From positions 33,873 to 97,872 of the forward strand of contig JAHPZE010000015.1 of NCBI GenBank assembly GCA_019058365.1: 64,000 bases of DNA, read 5' to 3'. Source of the DNA: Promethearchaeota archaeon. Lineage in GTDB: Archaea > Asgardarchaeota > Lokiarchaeia > Sigyniarchaeales > SOKP01. This document shows, piece after piece, positions 1-9,753 of the stretch (position 1 is the stretch's first letter; every line of letters starts with the position of its first letter). Both the position numbers and the translations under genes were made by a program. The notes under the pieces are model-generated. The model saw nothing but the letters and a program-made list of their open reading frames with translations. It ran no database searches and was not told the origin of the DNA.

Positions 1-364
1 TTTTAAAATATTTTCTATATGTAATGTTTATTTGTTCAAAAACTTATCTATATAAAATTAGTTTTATTAAAAGAATTGCTTATTTAAAAATTCTCAGTGG
101 ACTAATATTTTCAATAGTTCAAATTCTTATAAGTGGTAAATATTATGAAAATTACTGTTACTCTTTTACAAACATTCAAAACTTAGAAAGCTTAACCATA
201 ACCCTTAGAGTAAGAAAAATTGTAAGAGATTTAACTCTAATCTACTTAACATTGCTCGTTAAAATTCTATCAATAAATTATAATTCCTTTAAATTATAAG
301 GAAGATTTAATATTTTTAATATTCATATTAATATTGAAAAGAATACAATATTATAATGGGTTAG

Positions 365-1102
365 ATGGTCACTACTTTAGAAGAGTTAAAGGAAACAGCA
401 CAGGATAAGTTACCTAAGCATATAGGCCTGATCATCGATGGTAATCGTCGATGGGCGAAAAAGAGAAACTTAGAGATTAATTTAGGTCATTTAATTGGAT
501 ATGAAAATCTCAAAAAGAGATTATTCGATTTTTTTGATGCGGGGATCCACTACTTAAGTTTATATATTCTATCGCTTGAAAATGTGAGGAAGCGTAATAC
601 TAAAGAACTTGAGTATATTTATAAGATTATGGTTAAAGCTGTCGATACGATTATAAATGAATCAATTGTAAAGGAGGAAAAGGTTAAATTTAATGTTATC
701 GGCAGGATTTCAATGCTACCAGATAAAGTAAGAAGAAAGATTGAAGAGTTAATTAAATTTACTAAGGATCACAGTCAAAATTTCATAAATCTCTGTATTA
801 TGTATGATGGTCATGAAGAAATTGTGGATGCTGTGAAGGAAATAGTTAATAATGGAATTAAGCCCGAACAAGTTAGTACAGATTTAATTAAAGCACACCT
901 TTATACAAAAAATTTTCCTCCATTAGATTATGTAATTAGAACGGGAATGGATGACGGAGCAAGAATTTCTGGATTCTTGCTATGGGATTCTTCTTATGCT
1001 GAATTTAAATTTAGGAATGATTTCTGGCCTGATTATAATAAAGAGATGGTTATTGAGGATTTAGAAGATTATATAAGAAGAAATCGACGAATGGGACAAT
1101 AA
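365..1102 (+). CDS. uppS: cis-prenyltransferase (undecaprenyl/polyprenyl diphosphate synthase)
   Basis: Family motifs PKHIGLIIDGNRRWA, GH..G, LSLEN, YDGHEEI and RTG...RISGFLLW. Confidence 0.95.
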   Translation: MVTTLEELKETAQDKLPKHIGLIIDGNRRWAKKRNLEINLGHLIGYENLKKRLFDFFDAGIHYLSLYILSLENVRKRNTKELEYIYKIMVKAVDTIINESIVKEEKVKFNVIGRISMLPDKVRRKIEELIKFTKDHSQNFINLCIMYDGHEEIVDAVKEIVNNGIKPEQVSTDLIKAHLYTKNFPPLDYVIRTGMDDGARISGFLLWDSSYAEFKFRNDFWPDYNKEMVIEDLEDYIRRNRRMGQ

Positions 1103-1226
1103 TTCTTCTATCTATTTTATTTCATAAATCCAAAATAAATAAATCATTAATAATTGTTAAACCTATAAATTAATGAGAGATTTAGAATTACTAATTTATA
1201 ACGTGAACAAATAAATCATTTGAATT

Positions 1227-3065
1227 ATGGCAAATGCTGACAAAATCATCTCATTGAACATCACAAAATTCCCGCAAAACTTATTAATACCTGGGATTAA
1301 CAATGAGATTATTATCCAAGTAATAAATTATTCAAGTAAAAAGGAGGATTTTAAATTTGATCTTGAGGGAGAAAATTTAAATATTAACGTGGAACCCGAT
1401 AGTTTTAAGAGTAATATTGAATTTAGTCCGGGGGAAACAAAGAGTATTCATTTGAAATTAGATCCTACTACTGATGGTTTTGGTAAATTAACAATTAATG
1501 TCCACCGACTTAAGATTATTAAATATACTGTTAAAGTACAGAAAATGAGAGAGGCTATCCAAACGAGTAAAATTAAGAAGATTTTTGATAAACAAGCATT
1601 TAAAGTTACAGAAACAGTTGAAAAATTTAATCCAGAAGATTATATTATCGATATGAAGGAAAAAGTATTAAAGCAGGCTGAAAAACAATTAGGCTTATTA
1701 ACAGAGCAATATAAATCATCGCAATCGTCAGATATATCTAGCTCTGAATTACTTGAAAAAATGGAAGCTTATATAAAACAAATTGCGAAAGGATATCTTT
1801 CAATCGATAATCCTCAAAGGGCATTAAAATTAGCATTAATGCTTTCAAATAAGAATGAACAGAGGAAATTCTATCTTAGTCTAATTCGCGCTTATGCTTT
1901 AAAAAATCTCGATATAATGCTTCAAATAGTTTCAAACCTACCCGATTTAGAAAAACGACAAAACATATTCAAATTTCTAGCATTAGATCAAGTATTAAAT
2001 AATCCCGAACAAGCAATTAAAATTGGAAATCTAATTCAAAATCCCTCTATTAAAGAAAGTCTTCTAATTAATATTTATGGTCAAATTATCAACTCGGATC
2101 CTTCATTAGCTTTGAAATTAAGAGAGCTAATTGATAATAATACTCTAAAAATTAAGCTTCTATTCAATATTGCTAATAAATTAAAAGAACACGATGCAAG
2201 AACTGAATTAATTAATGTAATTAACTTAATAATTAAGACACTTCTAAAAATTCTTGTAGCAGGTTTTGATAAGTCAATTTATAAAATGCTTAAAAATGCA
2301 ATATATGCTTTAGCTGAGGTCGATAACCCCATTTCTGCAAATGCTATTATTGAAAGTATACCAATTCAAGAAGTTAAAGAAAAAATAGCGAAAGATTTAT
2401 TTGATGATATTTATATAATGGTTGATGAAATTAAAACAAAATATGAATCGGAATTAGCCTTTTCTCAATATTTTCTATTAAATACTTACGTTTCCACCAT
2501 TACGAATGATATTAAAAATTTTAGTCTAACGGGTGGAAACATTAGTAATAATGTTCTTATAAATGATTTTAATTTTAGTAATGTGTTTATATCTTTATTT
2601 GCTTTTGATTTCAGCATTTTTCCAATACTAGATCGTGTATATAACGATTTAAAATATGCTCTAAACAAATCAATCGCATATTATACTTTTCCATCAAAAA
2701 ATAATTATAATCAGGATGAGGTTAGAGTATTAACTAGTTCATTGAAACAATTTTTCAAGAATTTCGAAAATACCCCTGGCCAAGTATCAATTTTTAATTT
2801 AGATTTCATCCCATATCTAGGAAAACCAACTGTGATTATATCGCAGGAATCTGATATAGATAATAATATTTACTCTAATATTAAAAAAATCGGAGACCCC
2901 ATTAATCTAATTGTTGATAATTCTTTATTCAAAGGAGGTAAAATCTCTGAAAATTTAAAGCAAATTTTGCCCTCTAACAAATGTAAAATTATTAATTTAG
3001 TTTTATCTTACGAGTTCATCAACGATTATAATATTTTTAAGACATTAATACAATCTTTACTCTAA
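1227..3065 (+). CDS. hypothetical protein (N-terminal beta-rich/Ig-like region, central helical repeats, conserved-looking C-terminal alpha/beta domain)
   Basis: 612-aa ORF co-oriented with its neighbours; no recognisable catalytic motif. Confidence 0.75.
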   Translation: MANADKIISLNITKFPQNLLIPGINNEIIIQVINYSSKKEDFKFDLEGENLNINVEPDSFKSNIEFSPGETKSIHLKLDPTTDGFGKLTINVHRLKIIKYTVKVQKMREAIQTSKIKKIFDKQAFKVTETVEKFNPEDYIIDMKEKVLKQAEKQLGLLTEQYKSSQSSDISSSELLEKMEAYIKQIAKGYLSIDNPQRALKLALMLSNKNEQRKFYLSLIRAYALKNLDIMLQIVSNLPDLEKRQNIFKFLALDQVLNNPEQAIKIGNLIQNPSIKESLLINIYGQIINSDPSLALKLRELIDNNTLKIKLLFNIANKLKEHDARTELINVINLIIKTLLKILVAGFDKSIYKMLKNAIYALAEVDNPISANAIIESIPIQEVKEKIAKDLFDDIYIMVDEIKTKYESELAFSQYFLLNTYVSTITNDIKNFSLTGGNISNNVLINDFNFSNVFISLFAFDFSIFPILDRVYNDLKYALNKSIAYYTFPSKNNYNQDEVRVLTSSLKQFFKNFENTPGQVSIFNLDFIPYLGKPTVIISQESDIDNNIYSNIKKIGDPINLIVDNSLFKGGKISENLKQILPSNKCKIINLVLSYEFINDYNIFKTLIQSLL

Positions 3066-3163
3066 AATGAAATAAACAAACTAAAACTATAAAATTAAGA
3101 TTTGTTATATGTATAGTAAGCGAATAAAAAGAGAGAAATACGCAATTAGAAGGTAAAATTGCT

Positions 3164-4825
3164 ATGGCAAAAGATAAAAAAAAGAAAGAAAAAAAGAAGA
3201 AAAAGAAAGATGATCCGTCAGGTGATACTTTTTCTCAATTATACGCAAAAGAAGGAAAAACAAAAGCACCTATAGGTATTTCATTGGGACAAAGTATTGA
3301 TAGATCGGGTGATAAATTATTTTTAGGAACAGATTATATGGAAGTACTTATCCCTGAAAGGCCATGGGCTGATATGTTAGCTGATGTTGAACATTGGACT
3401 CCTTTACCATTCACCCATGGCATTGAAATGGAATTAATTATTGCTGATGATAGTGGGGAATACCCTCCCGGAGAAGAAATGGTTTACCGAATGAAAGAAA
3501 TTGTGAAGGATGCAATCAAAATTATGGATGAAGTTCTCTACGAGGGAAGAGAAGATTTTTTACCCGTTCCTGATTATATTAGACAAAAAGTTTTAGCTAG
3601 ACCGTGGGGAAGGGATGATCTTGAAAAAGGGTATACAATGGATATACGCTATGCTCTAGGAGAAAGTTCTGTTGATATAGATTCTTTTGCAAGAGATGGA
3701 AATGTCACAGCAATCACCTATATATTAGAATTAGTCACACCTCCATGTGTTTATGTTGAAGAATTAGCATATTGGGCGAGCACTTTATTTTTATTAGCGA
3801 AAGCTACTCTACCTAAAGATCTGCATATAATTGCTTCCGCTATTAATCCTGCGACGAAAGAATACATGCGTGGGGTGTCCCAAGCTGATCATTCGCACTT
3901 AGGTTCTTTTAATTCAGAATTAGAGAAAATTCAAGCCTATTGTATGATTCGAAATTTTATACCTCATCTTATTGCTCTTACATGCAATTCTCCAATTTTG
4001 AATAACAAACCAACGGATGTGGTTAAAATTATAAATAGGAGGATTACTGCCCCAAATTGCACTAGATCTTTGCGTTTAAAGTATAACACAACTATGTTAA
4101 GTGGGAATGATCCTAAATATTATATCCCTTATTTAACTGATTTAAGTGAGAATTCTATTAATTATTTCCTTCAAACAGTTCAGAAGGCAAGTTTAGAGGA
4201 TGGTAGGTTCCAAGATGTTTTCCCAGTAACGGATTGGGGAACGATAGAAATCCGAATTAGCGATGCACAAATTTCTATATGTCGCCGTATCGGAGTGGGA
4301 ATGCTAATTCAAGCTATGTGCTATAAAGCTAGAAAACTGCTAGAAAAGGGGGTGTGGGTACCTGATGCGGGTAGTGAAACAATAGCAACAAATCGTCAAG
4401 GAGCAATTGAGCGAGGTTTGATTTCTTTATTCCGACCTATAAATATTACACGTGAAAAACTCGCACAATATGATCCTGAATTTGCAGAGCAATATTTGGG
4501 TCCAGAAAATCAACCTGTAAGATACATGATGCAAGGTGTGCAACGCATGTTCTTTTATTTAAAAGATGAACTGAAAGAACTGAGATTCTTGTATAGCCCA
4601 TTCCTAAAACCCTTGCTTCAGTCTGTCTTTGGGAATGTAAGCTATGCAGAACCTCCAATAACTGAAGCAGAATACCAGTTAAGTCTTTACAAATACAAAT
4701 TGGATAACGGAGAAGATCCTAGTATTTTATATGATTTAATATATTTCACTATCCTTTATTGCCAGGATCCTCTAAATAATCCACTTACCGGGATTTTAAC
4801 CCTTCCAAAAGAAATGAGAGAGTAG
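3164..4825 (+). CDS. glutamate-cysteine ligase family 2 (GCS2/YbdK-like carboxylate-amine ligase)
   Basis: Motifs FTHGIEMEL, LELVTPPC, DHSHLG, ALTCNSP and WGTIEIRISD; Lys-rich N-terminus. Confidence 0.8.
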   Translation: MAKDKKKKEKKKKKKDDPSGDTFSQLYAKEGKTKAPIGISLGQSIDRSGDKLFLGTDYMEVLIPERPWADMLADVEHWTPLPFTHGIEMELIIADDSGEYPPGEEMVYRMKEIVKDAIKIMDEVLYEGREDFLPVPDYIRQKVLARPWGRDDLEKGYTMDIRYALGESSVDIDSFARDGNVTAITYILELVTPPCVYVEELAYWASTLFLLAKATLPKDLHIIASAINPATKEYMRGVSQADHSHLGSFNSELEKIQAYCMIRNFIPHLIALTCNSPILNNKPTDVVKIINRRITAPNCTRSLRLKYNTTMLSGNDPKYYIPYLTDLSENSINYFLQTVQKASLEDGRFQDVFPVTDWGTIEIRISDAQISICRRIGVGMLIQAMCYKARKLLEKGVWVPDAGSETIATNRQGAIERGLISLFRPINITREKLAQYDPEFAEQYLGPENQPVRYMMQGVQRMFFYLKDELKELRFLYSPFLKPLLQSVFGNVSYAEPPITEAEYQLSLYKYKLDNGEDPSILYDLIYFTILYCQDPLNNPLTGILTLPKEMRE

Positions 4826-4935
4826 TATATTTTGTTTTTAGCTTTCAATTTCATAGCGCAAAAATAAAATATGAAGTTTAGCACTCTTCTCTCGTTATAT
4901 TAAATTTAATATTTAAAAAAAAGAATGAAAATTTA

Positions 4936-6273
4936 TTATTTATATACTCCATATTCCTTCGTGAACTCAATCATAGCTTTAATGTTTTCTGGTTTAGCAT
5001 CATCAATTACCGCTCCATTCATCATTAAATAACCACCATCTTTACCAACACTATCTATTAATTTCTTTGCGTATTCTTTTACTTCTTGAGGTGTTCCTAA
5101 ATTTAATAAAGTGATTGGCATGTTACCTCCCACGCAGGCAGAGTCGCCTAAAATTTCTTTTGCTTTTTCCATATCTGTCAAATCAAACGCCCATATAGCC
5201 TTACCTTTAGGTAAATCTTTAATAACTTCAAGACGCGAGTTAAAACCACCCTCAACATAAGAAAATGGTATACATCCTTCTTCTATTAAACCCATGAGTA
5301 GTTTTCTAAAGGATGGCCAGTAAAATGTCTTAAATTGTTCATCAGAGAGAAAACCGTCAGCTCCTTTATGTAAAGGTATGAATACAATAGGGTTTCCATT
5401 CATCTTAGCCATAGATACACCCATGTTAACCATCAATGGCGTAATCACTTCAAGAGCTTTAAGCAGTTTATTAGGTTGTCGGTATAAATCAAGCATTATC
5501 CCCGTAGTTCCTCTAAGAGTATCACCAAGGGTATCATAAGGGGCTTTTGTAGCCCCACCAAAGAAGTTTGGAAATCCTTTTTCTGCCATCTCCTTATCGA
5601 AAGCTCCGAGTGTTCCTGCCCACTTTAAGGCATCACTTCCAGCGTCCATAAGAGCTTTAAGGGCTTCTTGAACATCTGGGAGGCCATATGGTAAAATGTT
5701 GCCACCAGTAAATGGCAATTCGATTATATTGGTGAGAGGTGCTAACTGTTTAAGGGGATCTAACGTTCCAAATATACGTGGTAAATAGACGCTTCTAAAG
5801 AAACCAGAGGGATCTTGAATAAAGGCATCATACTCATCCGCTTTCATATATTCACCCTCAAGGCATTGGTATGAAAGGTTAGGAGAGACTCCATGACCTG
5901 GCCAAGCATATAATTTATAATCAAGAATATCAAAAAGTTTTCCTGGACCAGGTACAAAACACCCTATATGGGCATCTGGTTCAAAATCTAAAACCGATTT
6001 TTTCCATGCAGAAAAGAGTTTGTCGTAATCATACATAGATTCTTGTGGAGTTATACCACTATAAAATGCGGGGAAAAAGCCAACCATTAGAACAACCGGG
6101 ATTCTATCAGGCTTTTTTTTCAATTGAATAACGTCTTTTATCCTTATTACTCTTTCCTTATACGCTTTTTCGGTGCTGGGGTTGGCAAATTCAATATTTT
6201 GGGGTGAAAGCCATCTATTAAACATTTCTTCTTGTTTTTCATCTAATGATAAATTTTCCCATTTCTTTTCCAT
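4936..6273 (-). CDS. uroporphyrinogen decarboxylase-family protein (URO-D/MtaA-like corrinoid methyltransferase fold)
   Basis: KPDRIPV, APYDTLGDTLRG, FIPLHKG, CVGGNMP..L..GTP.EV and GGYLM..G; lies directly downstream of a corrinoid protein. Confidence 0.85.
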   Translation of the reverse strand: MEKKWENLSLDEKQEEMFNRWLSPQNIEFANPSTEKAYKERVIRIKDVIQLKKKPDRIPVVLMVGFFPAFYSGITPQESMYDYDKLFSAWKKSVLDFEPDAHIGCFVPGPGKLFDILDYKLYAWPGHGVSPNLSYQCLEGEYMKADEYDAFIQDPSGFFRSVYLPRIFGTLDPLKQLAPLTNIIELPFTGGNILPYGLPDVQEALKALMDAGSDALKWAGTLGAFDKEMAEKGFPNFFGGATKAPYDTLGDTLRGTTGIMLDLYRQPNKLLKALEVITPLMVNMGVSMAKMNGNPIVFIPLHKGADGFLSDEQFKTFYWPSFRKLLMGLIEEGCIPFSYVEGGFNSRLEVIKDLPKGKAIWAFDLTDMEKAKEILGDSACVGGNMPITLLNLGTPQEVKEYAKKLIDSVGKDGGYLMMNGAVIDDAKPENIKAMIEFTKEYGVYK

Positions 6274-6313
6274 TTTTTATTACCTCTTATAATTTCTCTA
6301 CTGAGGACTATTA

Positions 6314-6943
6314 CTATTCAACTATCCATTCCTTAGCCAAAGCTACTGCTTCGATTGCATCTTTTCCATAGGAGTCTGCACCTACATATTTTCTTACGTT
6401 CTCGTTTATTTGCCCTCCACCAATCATTATCTTTGTTTTTTCAGGTAACCCTGCATTTTTAATTTCTTCTATCGTCTCTTTCATAGAGTCATATGCTAGG
6501 GTTAGAAATCCACTCAAGCCTACAATTTTTGAATTCACTTCTCTTATTTTTTCTACAAATTTTTCTTTTGGGACATTTACGCCAAGATCATAAACCTCAA
6601 ACCCATTTGACTCTAACATAAATTTTACAATATTTTTGCCTATATCGTGTATATCACCAAATACTGTCCCTAAAACTACTTTTCCTAAACTCTGAACCTT
6701 GGCACCAGCTTTGAGCATTGGTTCTATAATTTCTGTTATTTGTCTTAGAATCTCTCCTGACATGATCAAATCTGGTAAGAAGAACTCTTTATTCTCAAAT
6801 TTCTCTCCCACTTTAGCCATAGCGATTCTAATTTGTTCTAAAATTTTCATAGGATCCTCTCCAGCGTTAATTTTTTTCTGAACGAGATCTATAGCTTCCT
6901 TCTCGCATAAATCTACTATTAAATCTATTAAATCCTCAGACAT
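6314..6943 (-). CDS. corrinoid (B12-binding) protein, MtbC/MtaC-like
   Basis: B12 cap domain (VGEKFE..EFFLPDL) plus DIHDIGKN, VGLSG and MIGGG. Confidence 0.93.
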   Translation of the reverse strand: MSEDLIDLIVDLCEKEAIDLVQKKINAGEDPMKILEQIRIAMAKVGEKFENKEFFLPDLIMSGEILRQITEIIEPMLKAGAKVQSLGKVVLGTVFGDIHDIGKNIVKFMLESNGFEVYDLGVNVPKEKFVEKIREVNSKIVGLSGFLTLAYDSMKETIEEIKNAGLPEKTKIMIGGGQINENVRKYVGADSYGKDAIEAVALAKEWIVE

Positions 6944-7146
6944 TACAATTCCTCCTTTTAATTAAAATTTAAACTTATCTATATTTTAGATTTCTCATTT
7001 ATCTCATAAGGAGCTTTTATTTATAAATATTATCTTGAATTTCTTTCAAAAATATATTTTTTTAATATTTCAAGATTTTAAATTCGTATATATGGTTGCT
7101 TAACCTTGTAAGAAATAAGAAGAAATGAATGCTTACCCCTCATTTC

Positions 7147-8442
7147 TTAACTCAGAATTAAAGTGTAAAGCATTGTATATCCTAATATTATTAAGAAATG
7201 AATTGTTGCGAAAAAAGCTCCATATTTTAGTAGGCGCTTGTAATCCAAATTTGCAACTCTATATTTTTTTGCCAATGATAGAGTGAGAAGATCACAAGCA
7301 GAACCTTGTGGTAAAAAGTTACCCGCCATATTAACTCCACTTATGAAAGCAATGATGATCGGATTAGGAAAGAATCCATCTCCTATAAGAGCTGAAAAAA
7401 TCGGGAGAAGGATGATGGTAACTGGTGTACCTGCTAGAAATGCAGATAAGAGAGAAGAGATGGTTAATGTCATCAACACTGCGAGATAAATGTTATTATT
7501 TACAAAATTTACCAATCCTGTGGAGATCAACTCTGAAAAACCGAAGTATGATAAAGAATTCGAAAGAATGAATAGGATCGCAAATACAATGATAAGCCTC
7601 CACGAAATATCATTCTTAAGATCTGAGAAATTAGTTTCCTTTGAGTGAATTAGAAGAAGAATTGCTGCGGATATGGTCGCGACAAGTGCAGGCGTGAATC
7701 CTAAGACCATGAACACGAAAGTAGTTAAAACTGTAATAACTGTCATGAAAAAGTACTTTTTATTTTGGATCACAATTCTAGGGTCAAGTATCTCTAAAAG
7801 TATCTTCTTATTTCGTTCAGTTGGTTTTTCTTCCTTTTTTAAAATAAACCAATCCATCAAAAAAATGGTAAGCATTAATGTGATTAAAAACAAAATGCCC
7901 ATATTGGCAAAGTACTCACCAAAACCCCACCCAAATTCCTGACCTATAATTAAGTTTTTCAAGCTAGAAACAGGGGTTAGTATAGCACCAATATTTATCG
8001 TAATGGTCATCCCCATCATGTAGGTACCCGAAGGTATCTCTAAAACTCGGCAAGTCCTGTAGATCAATGGTATCAATATCAAAGAAAGAGTTAAATCCTC
8101 GATAAAGCCAACAATTATGCCTGTAAACAGACAAATCAGATAAAAGAATAATCTGTTATTCCCCTTCGTTATATGAATCAATTTTATGGCGGTATATTCT
8201 AAAACTTGGTCATTAACTGCAAAGTAGATAATTATTTGCATGGCAAATATGAAGATTAACGTGTTAAAATTGATAAATCCAAGTATATCGACCTCAGCAA
8301 TATTACCAAAAGTAAGCATTGAAAGTACTGCGATGACTCCTATGAGTAATGCAATAGGTAAATAATCGATCTTATTTTGGGAAAAAAAAGCCATCAAAAT
8401 GGCAAATAATACTAAGATTATTATTATCGCAGATACGTTCAT
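7147..8442 (-). CDS. ArsB/NhaD/SLC13 (CitMHS-like) ion transporter
   Basis: About 11-12 hydrophobic segments; NIGAILTPVSS..N and NMAGNFLPQGS hairpin motifs. Confidence 0.8.
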   Translation of the reverse strand: MNVSAIIIILVLFAILMAFFSQNKIDYLPIALLIGVIAVLSMLTFGNIAEVDILGFINFNTLIFIFAMQIIIYFAVNDQVLEYTAIKLIHITKGNNRLFFYLICLFTGIIVGFIEDLTLSLILIPLIYRTCRVLEIPSGTYMMGMTITINIGAILTPVSSLKNLIIGQEFGWGFGEYFANMGILFLITLMLTIFLMDWFILKKEEKPTERNKKILLEILDPRIVIQNKKYFFMTVITVLTTFVFMVLGFTPALVATISAAILLLIHSKETNFSDLKNDISWRLIIVFAILFILSNSLSYFGFSELISTGLVNFVNNNIYLAVLMTLTISSLLSAFLAGTPVTIILLPIFSALIGDGFFPNPIIIAFISGVNMAGNFLPQGSACDLLTLSLAKKYRVANLDYKRLLKYGAFFATIHFLIILGYTMLYTLILS

Positions 8443-8631
8443 TCAATAACAAGAAATGGTTTTTATTTTAAAAAGAATCACTTTGACTTAGAAATTCTAA
8501 AAAATAAAAGATTAGAGGAAAGTCATATAAGATTTTGTGATTCTTGAAAATGTTTTATTTATAACATATAAAAATTTAAGATAAGAACTATTTTCAACTA
8601 TTAGAGTAATCGAAATTATAAATCTTGAAAT

Positions 8632-9153
8632 ATGAATACTAATTTTTCTCAAGGAAAAAGTTGGATCATCTCAGCAATTAGTGATATAAAAATAGTTCTA
8701 AATAGCCTTAAAAATGAATATTACTCTCTCGTAGCATTTAGAAGTCAGTTTGCTGTAGAAAAATTAAATAAAGCAGTATTAAGTTTTATGGGACTGAAAA
8801 TAGAAAAAACACATACTCCAACGAGCATATTAGAAGAAATACTTAATAGTAATTCTACTTTTAGTATTGATCAAGAAACAAGAAAGATAATTGAAAAAAT
8901 TTCAACCTATTCAAAATTTTTTGAAAATGAAGGAGTTCAAACAAGATATGGAACAATTAAGGATGATATATTAATCATCGCTGAAGAGATTTATCAATCT
9001 TTCGAAGATATTAAAATTTTCCTCATAAATCTACAAAAAATTGTAAATTGCTATTTAAAACTTCTTAAGGAGAACCTGAATATAACAGAAAATGAATTTA
9101 AAGAGTTTAAACAATTAGAATTATTATCAGGAGAATTAAAGCAATGGATATAG
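8632..9153 (+). CDS. HEPN domain protein
   Basis: W...A..D, AF.SQ.AVEK..KA.L, KTH and RY; overlaps the downstream nucleotidyltransferase by 10 nt. Confidence 0.85.
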   Translation: MNTNFSQGKSWIISAISDIKIVLNSLKNEYYSLVAFRSQFAVEKLNKAVLSFMGLKIEKTHTPTSILEEILNSNSTFSIDQETRKIIEKISTYSKFFENEGVQTRYGTIKDDILIIAEEIYQSFEDIKIFLINLQKIVNCYLKLLKENLNITENEFKEFKQLELLSGELKQWI

Positions 9154-9632
9154 ATTTGAATTTTATAAAAAACGAGTATTTTTCCAAAAAAATAGAAAAA
9201 TACTTACATCACTTATTTCAAGTAAATAAAGAAATAGTAGGAGTAATATTATTTGGCTCAATAGCAAGAGGAGATGCAACTTACTCGGAAGAAAAGATAA
9301 GTGACATTGATTTAATTATAATTTTTAGAGATAATGAACTTCCAGAACATTATAGAAAAAGAAATGATCTGAAATTTAAATTAATGCAATCAGCACCTTC
9401 AGGAGTAGATTCACTCTGGATGACAGAAAGAGAATTTTTAAATTTAGTTAAAATAAAAACCGATATAGTCTTATATGCTTTGGATGAGGGAAAAATGTTA
9501 TATGATCCAGTAGGGTTGATAAAAAAACAAAAAGATATTTTATTTAAAGAATTGAAAAAAAAAGGCGTTAAAAAAGAAAAACATTATTGGGTCTGGCCGA
9601 TAAAAAGTTTTGGAGAAGAAATTGAATGGTAA
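9144..9632 (+). CDS. minimal nucleotidyltransferase (MNT), partner of the HEPN protein
   Basis: ILFGSIARGD...SDIDL (GSx10-13DxD) and EG..LYD. Confidence 0.88.
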   Translation: MDIDLNFIKNEYFSKKIEKYLHHLFQVNKEIVGVILFGSIARGDATYSEEKISDIDLIIIFRDNELPEHYRKRNDLKFKLMQSAPSGVDSLWMTEREFLNLVKIKTDIVLYALDEGKMLYDPVGLIKKQKDILFKELKKKGVKKEKHYWVWPIKSFGEEIEW

Positions 9633-9753
9633 TGGATTTTTAATAAAATTTTTAAGATTTTTTTTAAAATTATATATAAATTAACTAGTTAAATTCTAAA
9701 ATGAATGAGAAAATAAATTATATAAAAAAATATAAAAGAATTGAAATAAGAAA

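Noticed and set aside
24-299. 91-aa ORF at the window start
   Set aside because: Low-complexity AT-rich translation with no motif; probably promoter or intergenic sequence upstream of uppS.
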